Shown: positions 1 to 9,298, counted from the first letter of the stretch. The stretch: DNA of 29,552 bases from Holosporales bacterium (GCA_031279295.1 JAITIT010000035.1:1-29552); one strand, 5' to 3'. Translations and numbers: made by a program. The notes: generated by a model from the letters alone, not told the origin.

Positions 1-141
1 CTTGGTCATACTGTATATCATCTCATAGAAACATCTGGGGTTTGATGATGGGTACATGATGGTTTGTGATGCATGGTGATTTGGCAGCAGTGAGTCGACG
101 GTTTGAGTTTAGCCGAGGACTCACCAGATTTCAGTTTCCAA

Positions 142-1005
142 TTACTGCATGTATGCGTACACACATGTCGCAGCTTGAGAAAAGATCTGATAGACCGTAG
201 ACAGGATTCTGTACCGTACTGCTACCGGTTCTTGACGGTCCATCTGCTTTCGGACCGACGTACTCTGTGTCTGATGTACAACTTTTGGAGAGACTCCAGC
301 GAACTTCAGGCCGAATTCCCATGATCTAACGAAGTAGTGATCGATCGGCATCATTATAGGAAGTGATTTTCTGAGAAGCCTACTTGCAGCTCTTCTATTG
401 ATGAGGTAACACCCAGTGTTTCCAACTCTCGTACGAAACCTAACGAGAGAACTGTCTTCGTGGAGATCAAGGGTCTTCATCGGATGTCCATAGTGGAGAT
501 AGTCAAACGTAACTATGTCCCATCTGTCTTTGTGCTTGATGAGCGCATCCACGATCCTCTTCAGATCTCCCGGCACAAAGTCAGCATCGTCTTCAAAGAC
601 AACTGCATACGAACAGTTGGATTCTAGGAATGACTCCCAGACCTTTATGTGACTGAGGTAGCACCCTACCGTTCCATCTCCGATTCTTCCATGCATGAAT
701 CTCAAGTACCTACGTCTGCTCACCAGCCGGTCCTTTTCTTCGAGACTGAGATCCTTCCCGTAAACTCCAGGGATCCTCGTATAGTTTATGCAGAGGGTCT
801 GGAGCTTTGGGGTGATCTCGGCAAGTCTATCCTTTGACTTATCGAGGTTAATGAGGTACGCGTGCACAGATCCGTCCCCTGCTTCAAGATACTTCCTTTC
901 GCAAAATTGTTTAGAATCCTGCAGAACGAAGATATTAGTCCAGGAGATAAATGCTACGACTGCGGTCGTTATCAACGATTTGACCATGTTCCTGATTCTC
1001 ATCAC
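142..1005 (-). CDS. Glycosyltransferase family 25 (LgtB/Lex2B-like) with N-terminal hydrophobic anchor
   Basis: GT25 motifs YLINLDKSKDR, GCYLSHIKVWE, VFEDDA, TGCYLINRRAA and PID. The ATG overlaps the gatA stop codon (ATGA). Confidence 0.88.
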   Translation of the reverse strand: MMRIRNMVKSLITTAVVAFISWTNIFVLQDSKQFCERKYLEAGDGSVHAYLINLDKSKDRLAEITPKLQTLCINYTRIPGVYGKDLSLEEKDRLVSRRRYLRFMHGRIGDGTVGCYLSHIKVWESFLESNCSYAVVFEDDADFVPGDLKRIVDALIKHKDRWDIVTFDYLHYGHPMKTLDLHEDSSLVRFRTRVGNTGCYLINRRAASRLLRKSLPIMMPIDHYFVRSWEFGLKFAGVSPKVVHQTQSTSVRKQMDRQEPVAVRYRILSTVYQIFSQAATCVYAYMQ

Positions 1006-2483
1006 GAGACATTGATAGTCTTTCTGAGTTCTGAGAACGCCGCCGCTTTCTCAATAGCCCCTGCAGCGCTAAACAGCATACCTTCACTGAAGTGCGGTCC
1101 TATGAGCTGTATGCCTATTGGAAGGCCATCATCTGACAGACAGGCAGGCACTGAGATCGCGGGGACACCAGCGATGTTTGCAGAGACCGTGCAGATGTCT
1201 GATAGGTACATCTCGATCGGGGACATGCTATTGGACTCCTCGATTCCAAACGCTGTAGTCGGAGTCGTTGGGGTCAGCAGTAGATCAACATTTGAGAAGG
1301 CGTTATCATGCAGATCGTCCGTAATCATCTTCCTGATCTTCTGAGCTTTGGCATAGTATGCATCGTAGAACCCAGCAGACAGGACGTAAGTTCCCGTCAT
1401 GATCCGCCTCTGTACCTCCTCTCCAAATCCCTCGGATCTGGAGTTTACGTAGAGATCCTCAATATTGTCGGCAGCTTCAGATCTACATGAGTATCTCACC
1501 CCATCATACCTCGCCAGGTTGGATGATGCCTCTGCGGGAGCGATGATGTAATACGTCGGTAAGGCGTATGAAAGAGTTTTTATGGACACCTCAACAACTT
1601 CGCAACCAGCGTCCTTTAGCCACTCCTTTGCTTTCTCGATGGCCGCCAGGAACTCCGGAGTTAACCCATCGATGTATTCCTTAACGACCCCAATCCTCAT
1701 GCCACGTATTGATTTACCGACGTAGTCAGGATAGTTCGGGATTTCAACATTAGCTGACGTTGAGTCATTACAATCGTACCCAGCCATTGCCTTTAGCATT
1801 ATCGCTGCATCCTCAGCTGTCTTGGTCATCGGTCCAGCCTGATCCAGTGATGATGCAAACGCGACCATTCCATACCTTGAGCACAATCCATACGTTGGCT
1901 TAATTCCTACGATCCCGGAGAATGCCGCTGGCTGCCTCACTGATCCTCCTGTATCAGATCCGATGGCAGCAACGCATAAGTTTGAAGCTACTGCAGTTGC
2001 TGATCCTCCGGAAGACCCGCCAGGGACAAGTCGCATGCTACTACCTAACCTCCTCCTATATCTCAAAAAGCATGGTCCAAAATAACTTGTGATGTTCGCA
2101 GATCCCATGGCGAATTCGTCCATATTGGTCTTGCCGATAAATGTCGCACCGTTACGTAGGAGATTGCTTGTGACAGTCGATTCATAGCATGGCACAAACT
2201 CTGATAGAATTTTTGAGCACGCTGTCGTTCTAAGCCCTTTCGTACAAAATAAATCCTTTACTGCAATGGGTACCCCAAGGCAAGGAAGATCTTCCCCATG
2301 GGCAATTCGAGAGTCGGCGTCTCGCGCTGCTCTAATTGCCATCTCATGGTCAATCGTTACGAACGCATTCAGGTCTTGGTGCTTGTTAATCATCCGCATG
2401 TAATGTTCCATCAGCTCAACTGCAGAGAATTCACCGGCCTTCAGTCCTTTCCTGGCATCCGTGATTGTTAAAAAACTATCCAT
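1002..2483 (-). CDS. gatA: Asp-tRNA(Asn)/Glu-tRNA(Gln) amidotransferase subunit A
   Basis: Amidase signature GKTNMDEFAMGS, PGGSSGGSA, GSDTGGSVRQPA and YYIIAPAEASSNLARYDGVRY. ATG 2483 preferred over the TTG at 2498 given by the ORF track. Confidence 0.97.
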   Translation of the reverse strand: MDSFLTITDARKGLKAGEFSAVELMEHYMRMINKHQDLNAFVTIDHEMAIRAARDADSRIAHGEDLPCLGVPIAVKDLFCTKGLRTTACSKILSEFVPCYESTVTSNLLRNGATFIGKTNMDEFAMGSANITSYFGPCFLRYRRRLGSSMRLVPGGSSGGSATAVASNLCVAAIGSDTGGSVRQPAAFSGIVGIKPTYGLCSRYGMVAFASSLDQAGPMTKTAEDAAIMLKAMAGYDCNDSTSANVEIPNYPDYVGKSIRGMRIGVVKEYIDGLTPEFLAAIEKAKEWLKDAGCEVVEVSIKTLSYALPTYYIIAPAEASSNLARYDGVRYSCRSEAADNIEDLYVNSRSEGFGEEVQRRIMTGTYVLSAGFYDAYYAKAQKIRKMITDDLHDNAFSNVDLLLTPTTPTTAFGIEESNSMSPIEMYLSDICTVSANIAGVPAISVPACLSDDGLPIGIQLIGPHFSEGMLFSAAGAIEKAAAFSELRKTINVS

Positions 2484-2522
2484 CAATTTGTGTCCCAAAA
2501 ATGTATCTGACGTGCAGTAAGG

Positions 2523-4001
2523 TTATGAGCCATTATCGCGGTCCGCAAGGGCCTTGTCTACCTCATATATGTGAATGAAGTTCATATGGCCGCGCTCTCT
2601 AAATGGCAGCCCTGCTACTATGATAACCTTTTCACCATCCTTAATGTCAAGGTTTTGTGTGAGAGTCTTTTGAACAATCTGAAGCATCTGTGAGAACCAA
2701 AATATCTCATCAATTACGATAGAGGTTATTCCCCAGCTCATGCACAGTTTCCTTGCGGTACGCTGACTCGTCGTGAGTGCAATGATATTCGTGTTTGGCC
2801 TGGCAGCGGCAATGACATTTGCACTCCTGCCGGACTCTGTAAATACCACGATAGCCCTGATACTGTTCATCTCCGTAATCATCGATACTGCGTTTGCAAC
2901 AGGATCAATTCCCGACGTATCTCTGGTTGAGCGGAAACCTGCCTGATCGCACTCGGTTTGAGTGACAACCTTGGCCATGGTTCTCACGGCCTCAGCTGGG
3001 TACTTACCACTCGCGGTCTCAGCAGACAGCATAACGGCGTCAGCTCCCTCCAGCACTGCATGTGCAACGTCAGAGACCTCAGCCCTAGTAGGCCTATGGC
3101 ATGAGACCATCGACTCCAACATCTGGGTTGCTACAATACAGGGTTTGTTATGTGTACGTGCCGTATCCACCAGCATTTTTTGCACACGTGGGATTGATTC
3201 GAACGGCATCTCAACTCCGAGGTCTCCCCTCGCGACTATGATTGCATCTGCCGCCTTAACGATGGAGTCAATGTTACTGACTGCTGATGGCTTCTCGATC
3301 TTAGCGAGTATGCCGATGTTAGGCCCCACAATATTCCTTGCAAGAACTATATCATCAGCCGTCTGAACGAATGATACCGCAAGCCAATCCGCATCTATCT
3401 CATTCAGGATGCCTGCGTCGATCTGATCCTTGTCCGTAATCGCACTGATTGGTAGTATTACCCCAGGAACGCTTACACCTTTCCTGTTCGACAGAGATCC
3501 ACCATCCATCACGATGGTCTCGACGGAGTTACCATCGTTATCCACCACCTTCAACTTTAGCTTCCCGTCATCCAACAAGATCTCAGAGCCCTGTTCCAAC
3601 GAACCAATGATCTCTGGGTGCGGTAGATAAACCCTGGTGACATTTCCTGGACTTGCATCAAGGTCAAGTCTGAATTTCGCCCCGGGCAGCAGAGTTACGC
3701 TTTTATCAGCAAACGTCCCTATTCTTATTTTTGGACCCTGGAGGTCTACTACAATGGATACATTAGCGCCGAGCCCTTTCTGTATCTCCCTGACTGTATG
3801 AGCGTTCTTCTCGTGAACATCGTGTGTCCCATGTGACATGTTTAGCCGGAACATATCTACACCTGACTCAATGAGTTCTCGGATTATATCCCCGCTACTG
3901 CTCGCTGGGCCCAGCGTAGCAACAATCTTTGTCTTTCGATTTATGTGTATCACCAGTGTTGTGACTACCGTTTCTGAGCGTCCAGACATTCTATCAACCA
4001 C
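2523..4001 (-). CDS. pyk: Pyruvate kinase
   Basis: RKTKIVATLGP, RLNMSHG, DLQGPKIR, AKIEKP, ARGDLGVE, ATQMLESM, DAVMLSAET. True start may be ATG 3989 or GTG 3953. Confidence 0.96.
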   Translation of the reverse strand: MVDRMSGRSETVVTTLVIHINRKTKIVATLGPASSSGDIIRELIESGVDMFRLNMSHGTHDVHEKNAHTVREIQKGLGANVSIVVDLQGPKIRIGTFADKSVTLLPGAKFRLDLDASPGNVTRVYLPHPEIIGSLEQGSEILLDDGKLKLKVVDNDGNSVETIVMDGGSLSNRKGVSVPGVILPISAITDKDQIDAGILNEIDADWLAVSFVQTADDIVLARNIVGPNIGILAKIEKPSAVSNIDSIVKAADAIIVARGDLGVEMPFESIPRVQKMLVDTARTHNKPCIVATQMLESMVSCHRPTRAEVSDVAHAVLEGADAVMLSAETASGKYPAEAVRTMAKVVTQTECDQAGFRSTRDTSGIDPVANAVSMITEMNSIRAIVVFTESGRSANVIAAARPNTNIIALTTSQRTARKLCMSWGITSIVIDEIFWFSQMLQIVQKTLTQNLDIKDGEKVIIVAGLPFRERGHMNFIHIYEVDKALADRDNGS

Positions 4002-4228
4002 TTCTATCTATTTCAACTCAGCTAAGCCAGATCTCTTTACCAAACAATTATCTCAATCTTAGAACATGCCGTAACGATACAGATGCGAGCAACCGCATCG
4101 TAAAACAACAGATCTATAATGATAGCTCTGACCGGCATACTATCAGCTTTATCTTGTGACAACAAACTTTAGGACAGCCATAATTTTTGTTAGACGTTTC
4201 TGACTCCGGGGATATACATGCGGTATTC

Positions 4229-4244
4229 TTAACCAAAAATTAAC
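4229..4244 (+). promoter_or_regulatory. CtrA-type binding site TTAA-CCAAAAA-TTAAC
   Basis: Exact match to the TTAA-N7-TTAAC consensus. Intergenic, 60 nt upstream of the GTG at 4305. Confidence 0.65.
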
Positions 4245-4304
4245 AATATTAAATTATAATAACACTAGCACAGTCTCCAAGAGCGAGTTCAGGGGGATAC
4301 ATCA

Positions 4305-5207
4305 GTGAAGCGAATAGAACCATGCTTATTACTCACCATCATTATCTGCGTTCAGACCGTTAATGCGAGCGACCAGCATGCCGTACCAATCAGCTCAATT
4401 GATGATATATCGACCACAGCCGAGACACAGGATGAGGCGGAACAACCCGCTGTCCCACTCTTACACCCCAACACCAGCACGACACCACCACAAGTGCCGG
4501 ACCTATCAACACCCGTAAACCCACCCGGAGTTGAACCGAATCTGACCGACGGTAGCATGAACAGGCGTACGGCCGGACACACGCGTCAAGAAAAAACATG
4601 CGGAGCTGCTCTGCAGCTAGCACTCAACAAGCGCATACCAATCCTAGATCTCAGCGGAACTGCGGATCTCAATGTCAATGGAATCACAACCGTAAAGGAG
4701 TTTGTCGAGGCGAGACGCGCGTCAAATTCATACGGAACGGGATCCAATAATATCGGCGTCAACCTGGCCGCGACTGGGGCGACCAGCGACACTATTACCA
4801 GAATCCTGGGAGAGCTCACCGAATATAAGGTGGTGCTCAATCTCTCCTGGAACCCACTGGTTAATGACGACGCACTTAACGCGATCATGCAACATGCCAC
4901 CAACGTGGTAGCGCTGAACGTTGCGGGAACACAAGTAACAGACGCTGGAGCATCGATGCTCGCCAGAAACATCCCCGGGAATATGCCAAACCTGAGATCA
5001 GTAAATTTTAGCAGAACCAACGTCACACAGGCTGGAATTAGCGAACTTGGAGCAGCAGTAAACAATGCGCAAACTACTGTGCAGAATGTTACACAGCCCT
5101 CTGAGGATGGAACGACAGACATACCACCCATTGCTCTACCCTCTACTGCTCCAACCTCTATAGGTAGCAGTCACAATACCCGGAGACATCCAATTACAAA
5201 GAGTTAG
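4305..5207 (+). CDS. Secreted hypothetical protein with short leucine-rich-repeat region
   Basis: Signal-peptide-like N-terminus (MKRIEPCLLLTIIICVQTVNA-SD). LRR-like units VLNLSWNPLVNDDAL, VALNVAGTQVTDAGA and RSVNFSRTNVTQAGI. Pro/Thr-rich flanks. Confidence 0.7.
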   Translation: MKRIEPCLLLTIIICVQTVNASDQHAVPISSIDDISTTAETQDEAEQPAVPLLHPNTSTTPPQVPDLSTPVNPPGVEPNLTDGSMNRRTAGHTRQEKTCGAALQLALNKRIPILDLSGTADLNVNGITTVKEFVEARRASNSYGTGSNNIGVNLAATGATSDTITRILGELTEYKVVLNLSWNPLVNDDALNAIMQHATNVVALNVAGTQVTDAGASMLARNIPGNMPNLRSVNFSRTNVTQAGISELGAAVNNAQTTVQNVTQPSEDGTTDIPPIALPSTAPTSIGSSHNTRRHPITKS

Positions 5208-5351
5208 TACAGTGTTGCGGTAAGCACCTTAAACATCGTTGTTACATTACTTGGAAATCTCCATGTCTTTCAAGTCGTCAATTCCGGAATTAGGAAAACT
5301 TGCTTCCGAGTCTTGGCCCATGGTATACTCTCATAAGTCGAGGGGGAAGGT

Positions 5352-6320
5352 GTGCGTGGCCGTATGTCGTTGGGCGACAAGCAGAGTAAAAAATCTAAGC
5401 AAGAGCAGCATGATGGCATGATATCTTCTATGGGGGAAAGCGGGCTCAACGCGGGAGTGGACAGGAAGCTCCTTATCAACTGTGTGCTGAGTGTGGCTGT
5501 CGCGATGGTCGCAACATTCGCTACGATGAAGATCGGGATGAGTTATCATGATGATAAGATACAGGAACTTCTCGAACAATGCTCTGCCCTAGAAAGCAAG
5601 ATAAAGAGTACATCAGAGTCAGTTATAGCAATGTCCGTAGCACTCACAAACATCCAAACAGAGATGAAGGCAGACAAAGAAACCGCAGCTCGTGTGTATA
5701 GCAGTGTGTCATCGCTGCAAGGCGAGATTGAGTCAATTAAAAAGGAGTTACACATCGAGCAAACACACCATCAGGAAGATGCTGTGGTAGAAAAGCATGA
5801 GCATGTTCTGTCACCAAAAGAACGGGAGGTTGAGGAATCACTAGGGCGTATGGTCGATAGCGGTATCCCATTTGCGGACTACGTAGAATCCAAAAAGAAG
5901 GAAGTCGACCTTGCAGGTTGTAGTTCATACAAGAATTTGATGAGGTTCTCAAAGGAGCATGTGAAGTCCGTTACGGATTTGATGAAGGAGTGTACAGCGG
6001 TTGGGGAAGCCGTGTTTTCCATGAATATAAACGAGTCGTTCTGGGAAAAACACAAGAGAATCATCAAGGAGAAGATCGTCGGAGCTATCAAGTTTGGACA
6101 GGAGAGTGCTGATGATGATAAAACTCTCTTCAAAAACGCATGCCAAAAATTGGCGGATGGAGATATAGCTGGAGCACTGGCACTGTTCCAACAGATTAAA
6201 ACAGAGAACGAAGAGCTCAACTCTCTTATTGCAGAGACGAAAAAGAGGGCAGAGCTTAATGATGTCTTTGCAACATTCAAGGAAGAGCTTCATAAGAAGC
6301 ATGAGAGCAATGAGGAATAG
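5352..6320 (+). CDS. Mic60/mitofilin-like (COG4223-type) membrane-anchored coiled-coil protein
   Basis: One N-terminal TM segment, a long coiled coil, and a C-terminal region with VDSGIPFAD and KLADGDIAGALALF resembling the alphaproteobacterial mitofilin domain (pattern recognition). Start may be ATG 5364. Confidence 0.65.
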   Translation: MRGRMSLGDKQSKKSKQEQHDGMISSMGESGLNAGVDRKLLINCVLSVAVAMVATFATMKIGMSYHDDKIQELLEQCSALESKIKSTSESVIAMSVALTNIQTEMKADKETAARVYSSVSSLQGEIESIKKELHIEQTHHQEDAVVEKHEHVLSPKEREVEESLGRMVDSGIPFADYVESKKKEVDLAGCSSYKNLMRFSKEHVKSVTDLMKECTAVGEAVFSMNINESFWEKHKRIIKEKIVGAIKFGQESADDDKTLFKNACQKLADGDIAGALALFQQIKTENEELNSLIAETKKRAELNDVFATFKEELHKKHESNEE

Positions 6321-6322
6321 TA

Positions 6323-6350
6323 CACAGCTCGCACATAAAGTGGAGCTGTG
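6323..6350 (+). terminator. Stem-loop directly after the stop codon; possible terminator or stabiliser
   Basis: CACAGCTC-g-CAC-ataaa-GTG-GAGCTGTG begins 2 nt after the stop. There is no clear U tract, so it is not a classical intrinsic terminator. Confidence 0.4.
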
Positions 6351-6550
6351 GAGGGCTTGTGTAACTTGATGCGCTTAGGCCATCATGTAACTGACATATC
6401 GACCGTGGCATTTTTGCAACTTATCACAGAGTCACTGAAAAATCATCTCAATATACACTAATTGCAGTTCCTCCAAATACGCTAAAATAACAGATAGAGG
6501 GTCGTGCGGACACGTGTGACCGGAGGGTGTAATTTTTTGGGAGTTAAGAA

Positions 6551-6886
6551 ATGAAGAAAGTGTTTTTGTTGGCAACAGTGATAATTGCCGGGCAGTCGCT
6601 AATTAGCGTCGTACAGGCAGAGGAGCCACCGGTACCCACCGATGTGAATACGCCACCGGCAGACAATGCAGCGGCGAATAATGAGGATCCTGATGCGAGT
6701 GGGACCCCAGCTAATGATGCGAGTAGTGATAAAACTGAAAGTATAGGCGCATCCAAGAAGAGGAAGAAAAATAAGGGGACAAAGGGGACAAAGGACAATC
6801 CGGAGAGCCAAGCAATAGTGAGCGAGTTGAATGCCGCTAATTCGCCACCAGTAGCACCAGAGGCAGCAAGGACGGACGGAGATTAA
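6551..6886 (+). CDS. Small secreted low-complexity hypothetical protein
   Basis: Signal peptide MKKVFLLATVIIAGQSLISVVQA-EE, acidic/Pro-rich mature region, basic cluster KKRKKNK, SD-like GGGAG upstream. Confidence 0.75.
   Translation: MKKVFLLATVIIAGQSLISVVQAEEPPVPTDVNTPPADNAAANNEDPDASGTPANDASSDKTESIGASKKRKKNKGTKGTKDNPESQAIVSELNAANSPPVAPEAARTDGD
6773..6797 (+). repeat. Short in-frame 9-bp tandem repeat (AAGGGGACA x2 plus partial copy)
   Basis: aaggggaca aaggggaca aaggaca, encoding KGTKGTKD. Confidence 0.6.
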
Positions 6887-7044
6887 ATAGTAACATGCTG
6901 ATCGGGAGTCGCTGAGTTCATCTGGCAAACGACTCCCTGGGAGGACGATGTACAAAATGGATACGTGGGTGAGTAACCCGGATCTTGATTTTGTGGAAGC
7001 AATGAGTTAGCATGCTCTCCTCAGGAGAGCATGGTCGGTCCACA

Positions 7045-8256
7045 ATGAGAGACCTTGGGTTTTTTAGGTATATGCTCCATGCTGTTCCAGGAACGGTGTG
7101 GGCTGTCGGTATCTCATCTCTCTTAATCAATACTGCAACGTCTGCTTCTTTCATAGGAGTTGCGTTGTATCTGAAGATAACCTGTGGGGTTTCCATAGGA
7201 ATGATCGGTTGCCTAGAAGCCATCGTGGAAGCCATCGCGTATATAACCAGGATGTTCTCCGGCGCTATCAGTGATTATTTCAAGAGACGTAAGCCGTTGA
7301 TGATACTCGGGTTCGCCATGATTATCGTATCGAAACCGCTACTAGCCATGTCGAGGGTATACGCGACGGTTCTAGTTGCAAGGGGAATAGACAGGATCGG
7401 AAATGGCATGCAAGCCAGTCCGAGAGATGCGCTAATCAGCGATTCCGCCCCACACAACGTAAAAGGTGCATGCTTTGGATTACGACAGAGCCTGGCTGTG
7501 ATTGGATCAACACTAGGTGGCATCGGTGGTATCGTTGTTATGAGGATGAGCGACAACAGCTTTACGACTCTGTTCACCTTGTCGACAGTTCCGGCGCTCA
7601 TAGCGGTTGTCACGTTAATCATGTTCGTCAAAGAGGAAAAGAAAACACAGGAACGGGGAGAGCGTCGTAAGATTAGGTTGAGAGACCTCAAGCTCCTTGG
7701 GAAGCATTTTTGGATGCTGATGGTAGTCGTAACTCCATTCATGCTCAGCAGATTTAGTGAGGTTTTCATCTCGCTACACGCATGTGGAAACTTTGGATTA
7801 GACATAGCGTATGGGACATCTATCACAGTGATATACAACCTGATGTCAACTGCGGTTTCATATCCCATCGGGAAACTATCGGACAGAATCGGAAGGGTAC
7901 GGTTGCTTCTACTTGGGTTCATAATCTTGTTATTTGCTCACCTGTTAATTGGCTTTGCCATGAATCTATATATGGTGCTGTTCGGAACTATTCTGTGGGG
8001 GTGTCAGAGGGGGATAGCCGACGGGTTGATTGCTACGATGGTTTCTGACTATGTTCCAAAGGATTTGCGTGGTACTGGGTTTGGGGTGTACTACTTTGTA
8101 GTTTCCTTCACGACTGCGATATCGAGTGCAACAGCCGGAGCTGTATCTCAACTGTATGGAGAAGCGTATGCCTTCATCATGGGTGCCTGCTGCTGTGGAG
8201 TCGCAGGAGCAACACTATATGCATCTAGGAAATTCCTACAAATCACAGAGTCTTAG
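7045..8256 (+). CDS. Major facilitator superfamily transporter
   Basis: About 12 hydrophobic segments and motif A twice (GAISDYFKRRKP, GKLSDRIGRVR). ATG 7045 preferred; the ORF track starts at 7012. Confidence 0.92.
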   Translation: MRDLGFFRYMLHAVPGTVWAVGISSLLINTATSASFIGVALYLKITCGVSIGMIGCLEAIVEAIAYITRMFSGAISDYFKRRKPLMILGFAMIIVSKPLLAMSRVYATVLVARGIDRIGNGMQASPRDALISDSAPHNVKGACFGLRQSLAVIGSTLGGIGGIVVMRMSDNSFTTLFTLSTVPALIAVVTLIMFVKEEKKTQERGERRKIRLRDLKLLGKHFWMLMVVVTPFMLSRFSEVFISLHACGNFGLDIAYGTSITVIYNLMSTAVSYPIGKLSDRIGRVRLLLLGFIILLFAHLLIGFAMNLYMVLFGTILWGCQRGIADGLIATMVSDYVPKDLRGTGFGVYYFVVSFTTAISSATAGAVSQLYGEAYAFIMGACCCGVAGATLYASRKFLQITES

Positions 8257-9083
8257 CTATGGATTTCATCTCCTGTCTCTACATAGTTAGGATTGACCCA
8301 TAAAGCAATCTTCTTGTATGACATCCACTTCTTTCCTTTCTCATCGAAGTAAATCTCATATATCCTGGATTCCTTGCACTTCAGGTTGAATGGAGCAGCT
8401 TCCATATCTTTATTGTAAGAAGGGCCTGTAGTGTCGCTAGCTTTGTTGTTTTTCCCGTTCGGATTACAGTACTCGACTATTATCGCATACTTAAAATTCG
8501 GGAGGATGTTATCCAAAAAGTATTGTATCCTTTCGTTGTTCCAGCAGTCAAATACATCTTTAACTATCAACAAATCACCTTTGTATTTCATGAAGTCATC
8601 GGTGGAGTCAATGCTAACAAAATGTATGTTCTCCTTCTCGTACTTCTGCTTATTAATTTGTATCACGCTATCTACAACGTCCATTCCATAGTACTGAACA
8701 TTTTTCGGGACGACAACATGCTGCATCCACTCGTAGCTCCCGCAGCCAAAATCAAATATGGTTTTCAGATCTGTAGTGTCTATGAATTTCTGTACGTACT
8801 CTATGCACGGCATAGTGTACTTCTTGACCGAACCTAGTCCTGACAAATGCTTTGGCGTACCCCAGAATCTGTGAGTTCTGTATATCTCTGAGAATGTTTT
8901 CTTATCGCTTTGTAGATTGCGAATTTCACCGTCAAAGTATTGATATACTGATCTCACTTTGCGATCAACATACAGCTTTATCCCGATCATCGCCACGACA
9001 ATTGACGTTACTATAACGATCTTCTTTGATGTAGTATGCACAACATTACGTACGACCAATAATACAACGCGGCATTGTACCAT
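8253..9083 (-). CDS. Class I SAM-dependent methyltransferase with N-terminal membrane anchor
   Basis: Motif I (IFDFGCGS), YYGMDVV and LLIVKDV, with an upstream WG...SGLGS segment. Hydrophobic IVIVTSIVVAMIGI. Confidence 0.8.
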   Translation of the reverse strand: MVQCRVVLLVVRNVVHTTSKKIVIVTSIVVAMIGIKLYVDRKVRSVYQYFDGEIRNLQSDKKTFSEIYRTHRFWGTPKHLSGLGSVKKYTMPCIEYVQKFIDTTDLKTIFDFGCGSYEWMQHVVVPKNVQYYGMDVVDSVIQINKQKYEKENIHFVSIDSTDDFMKYKGDLLIVKDVFDCWNNERIQYFLDNILPNFKYAIIVEYCNPNGKNNKASDTTGPSYNKDMEAAPFNLKCKESRIYEIYFDEKGKKWMSYKKIALWVNPNYVETGDEIHS

Positions 9084-9088
9084 ATTAT

Positions 9089-9122
9089 TAGTTCTAAAAC
9101 AAGAGTGCGAATCTTAGAACTA
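9089..9122. repeat. 9-bp perfect inverted repeat TAGTTCTAA-N16-TTAGAACTA
   Basis: Read directly from the sequence. Lies 5 nt upstream of the methyltransferase ATG. Confidence 0.6.
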
Positions 9123-9219
9123 TTCGCCAGGAGGGAATATACCGCCTCAATAAACTTTCGAAATACCATCTGGGATTCTGGCTGACTGTAATGATTTTTA
9201 TCCTGGAAGCCGAAAAAAT

Positions 9220-9235
9220 TTAAGTTGAAGTTAAC
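9220..9235 (+). promoter_or_regulatory. CtrA-type binding site TTAA-GTTGAAG-TTAAC
   Basis: Exact consensus match. Intergenic, 63 nt upstream of the GTG at 9299. Confidence 0.65.
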
Positions 9236-9298
9236 GATTTTTTTACTGGTTATGTTAGAAGCTGTGAATGACTAGAAAGCTGAAGGTATCTGTACGTA

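Noticed and set aside
6773-6797. CRISPR-like or VNTR array
   Set aside because: Only two full 9-bp units, inside a CDS, with no spacers and no cas genes.
9089-9122. Alphaproteobacterial LexA box
   Set aside because: The consensus is the direct repeat GTTC-N7-GTTC; this site is an inverted repeat with a 16-nt spacer.
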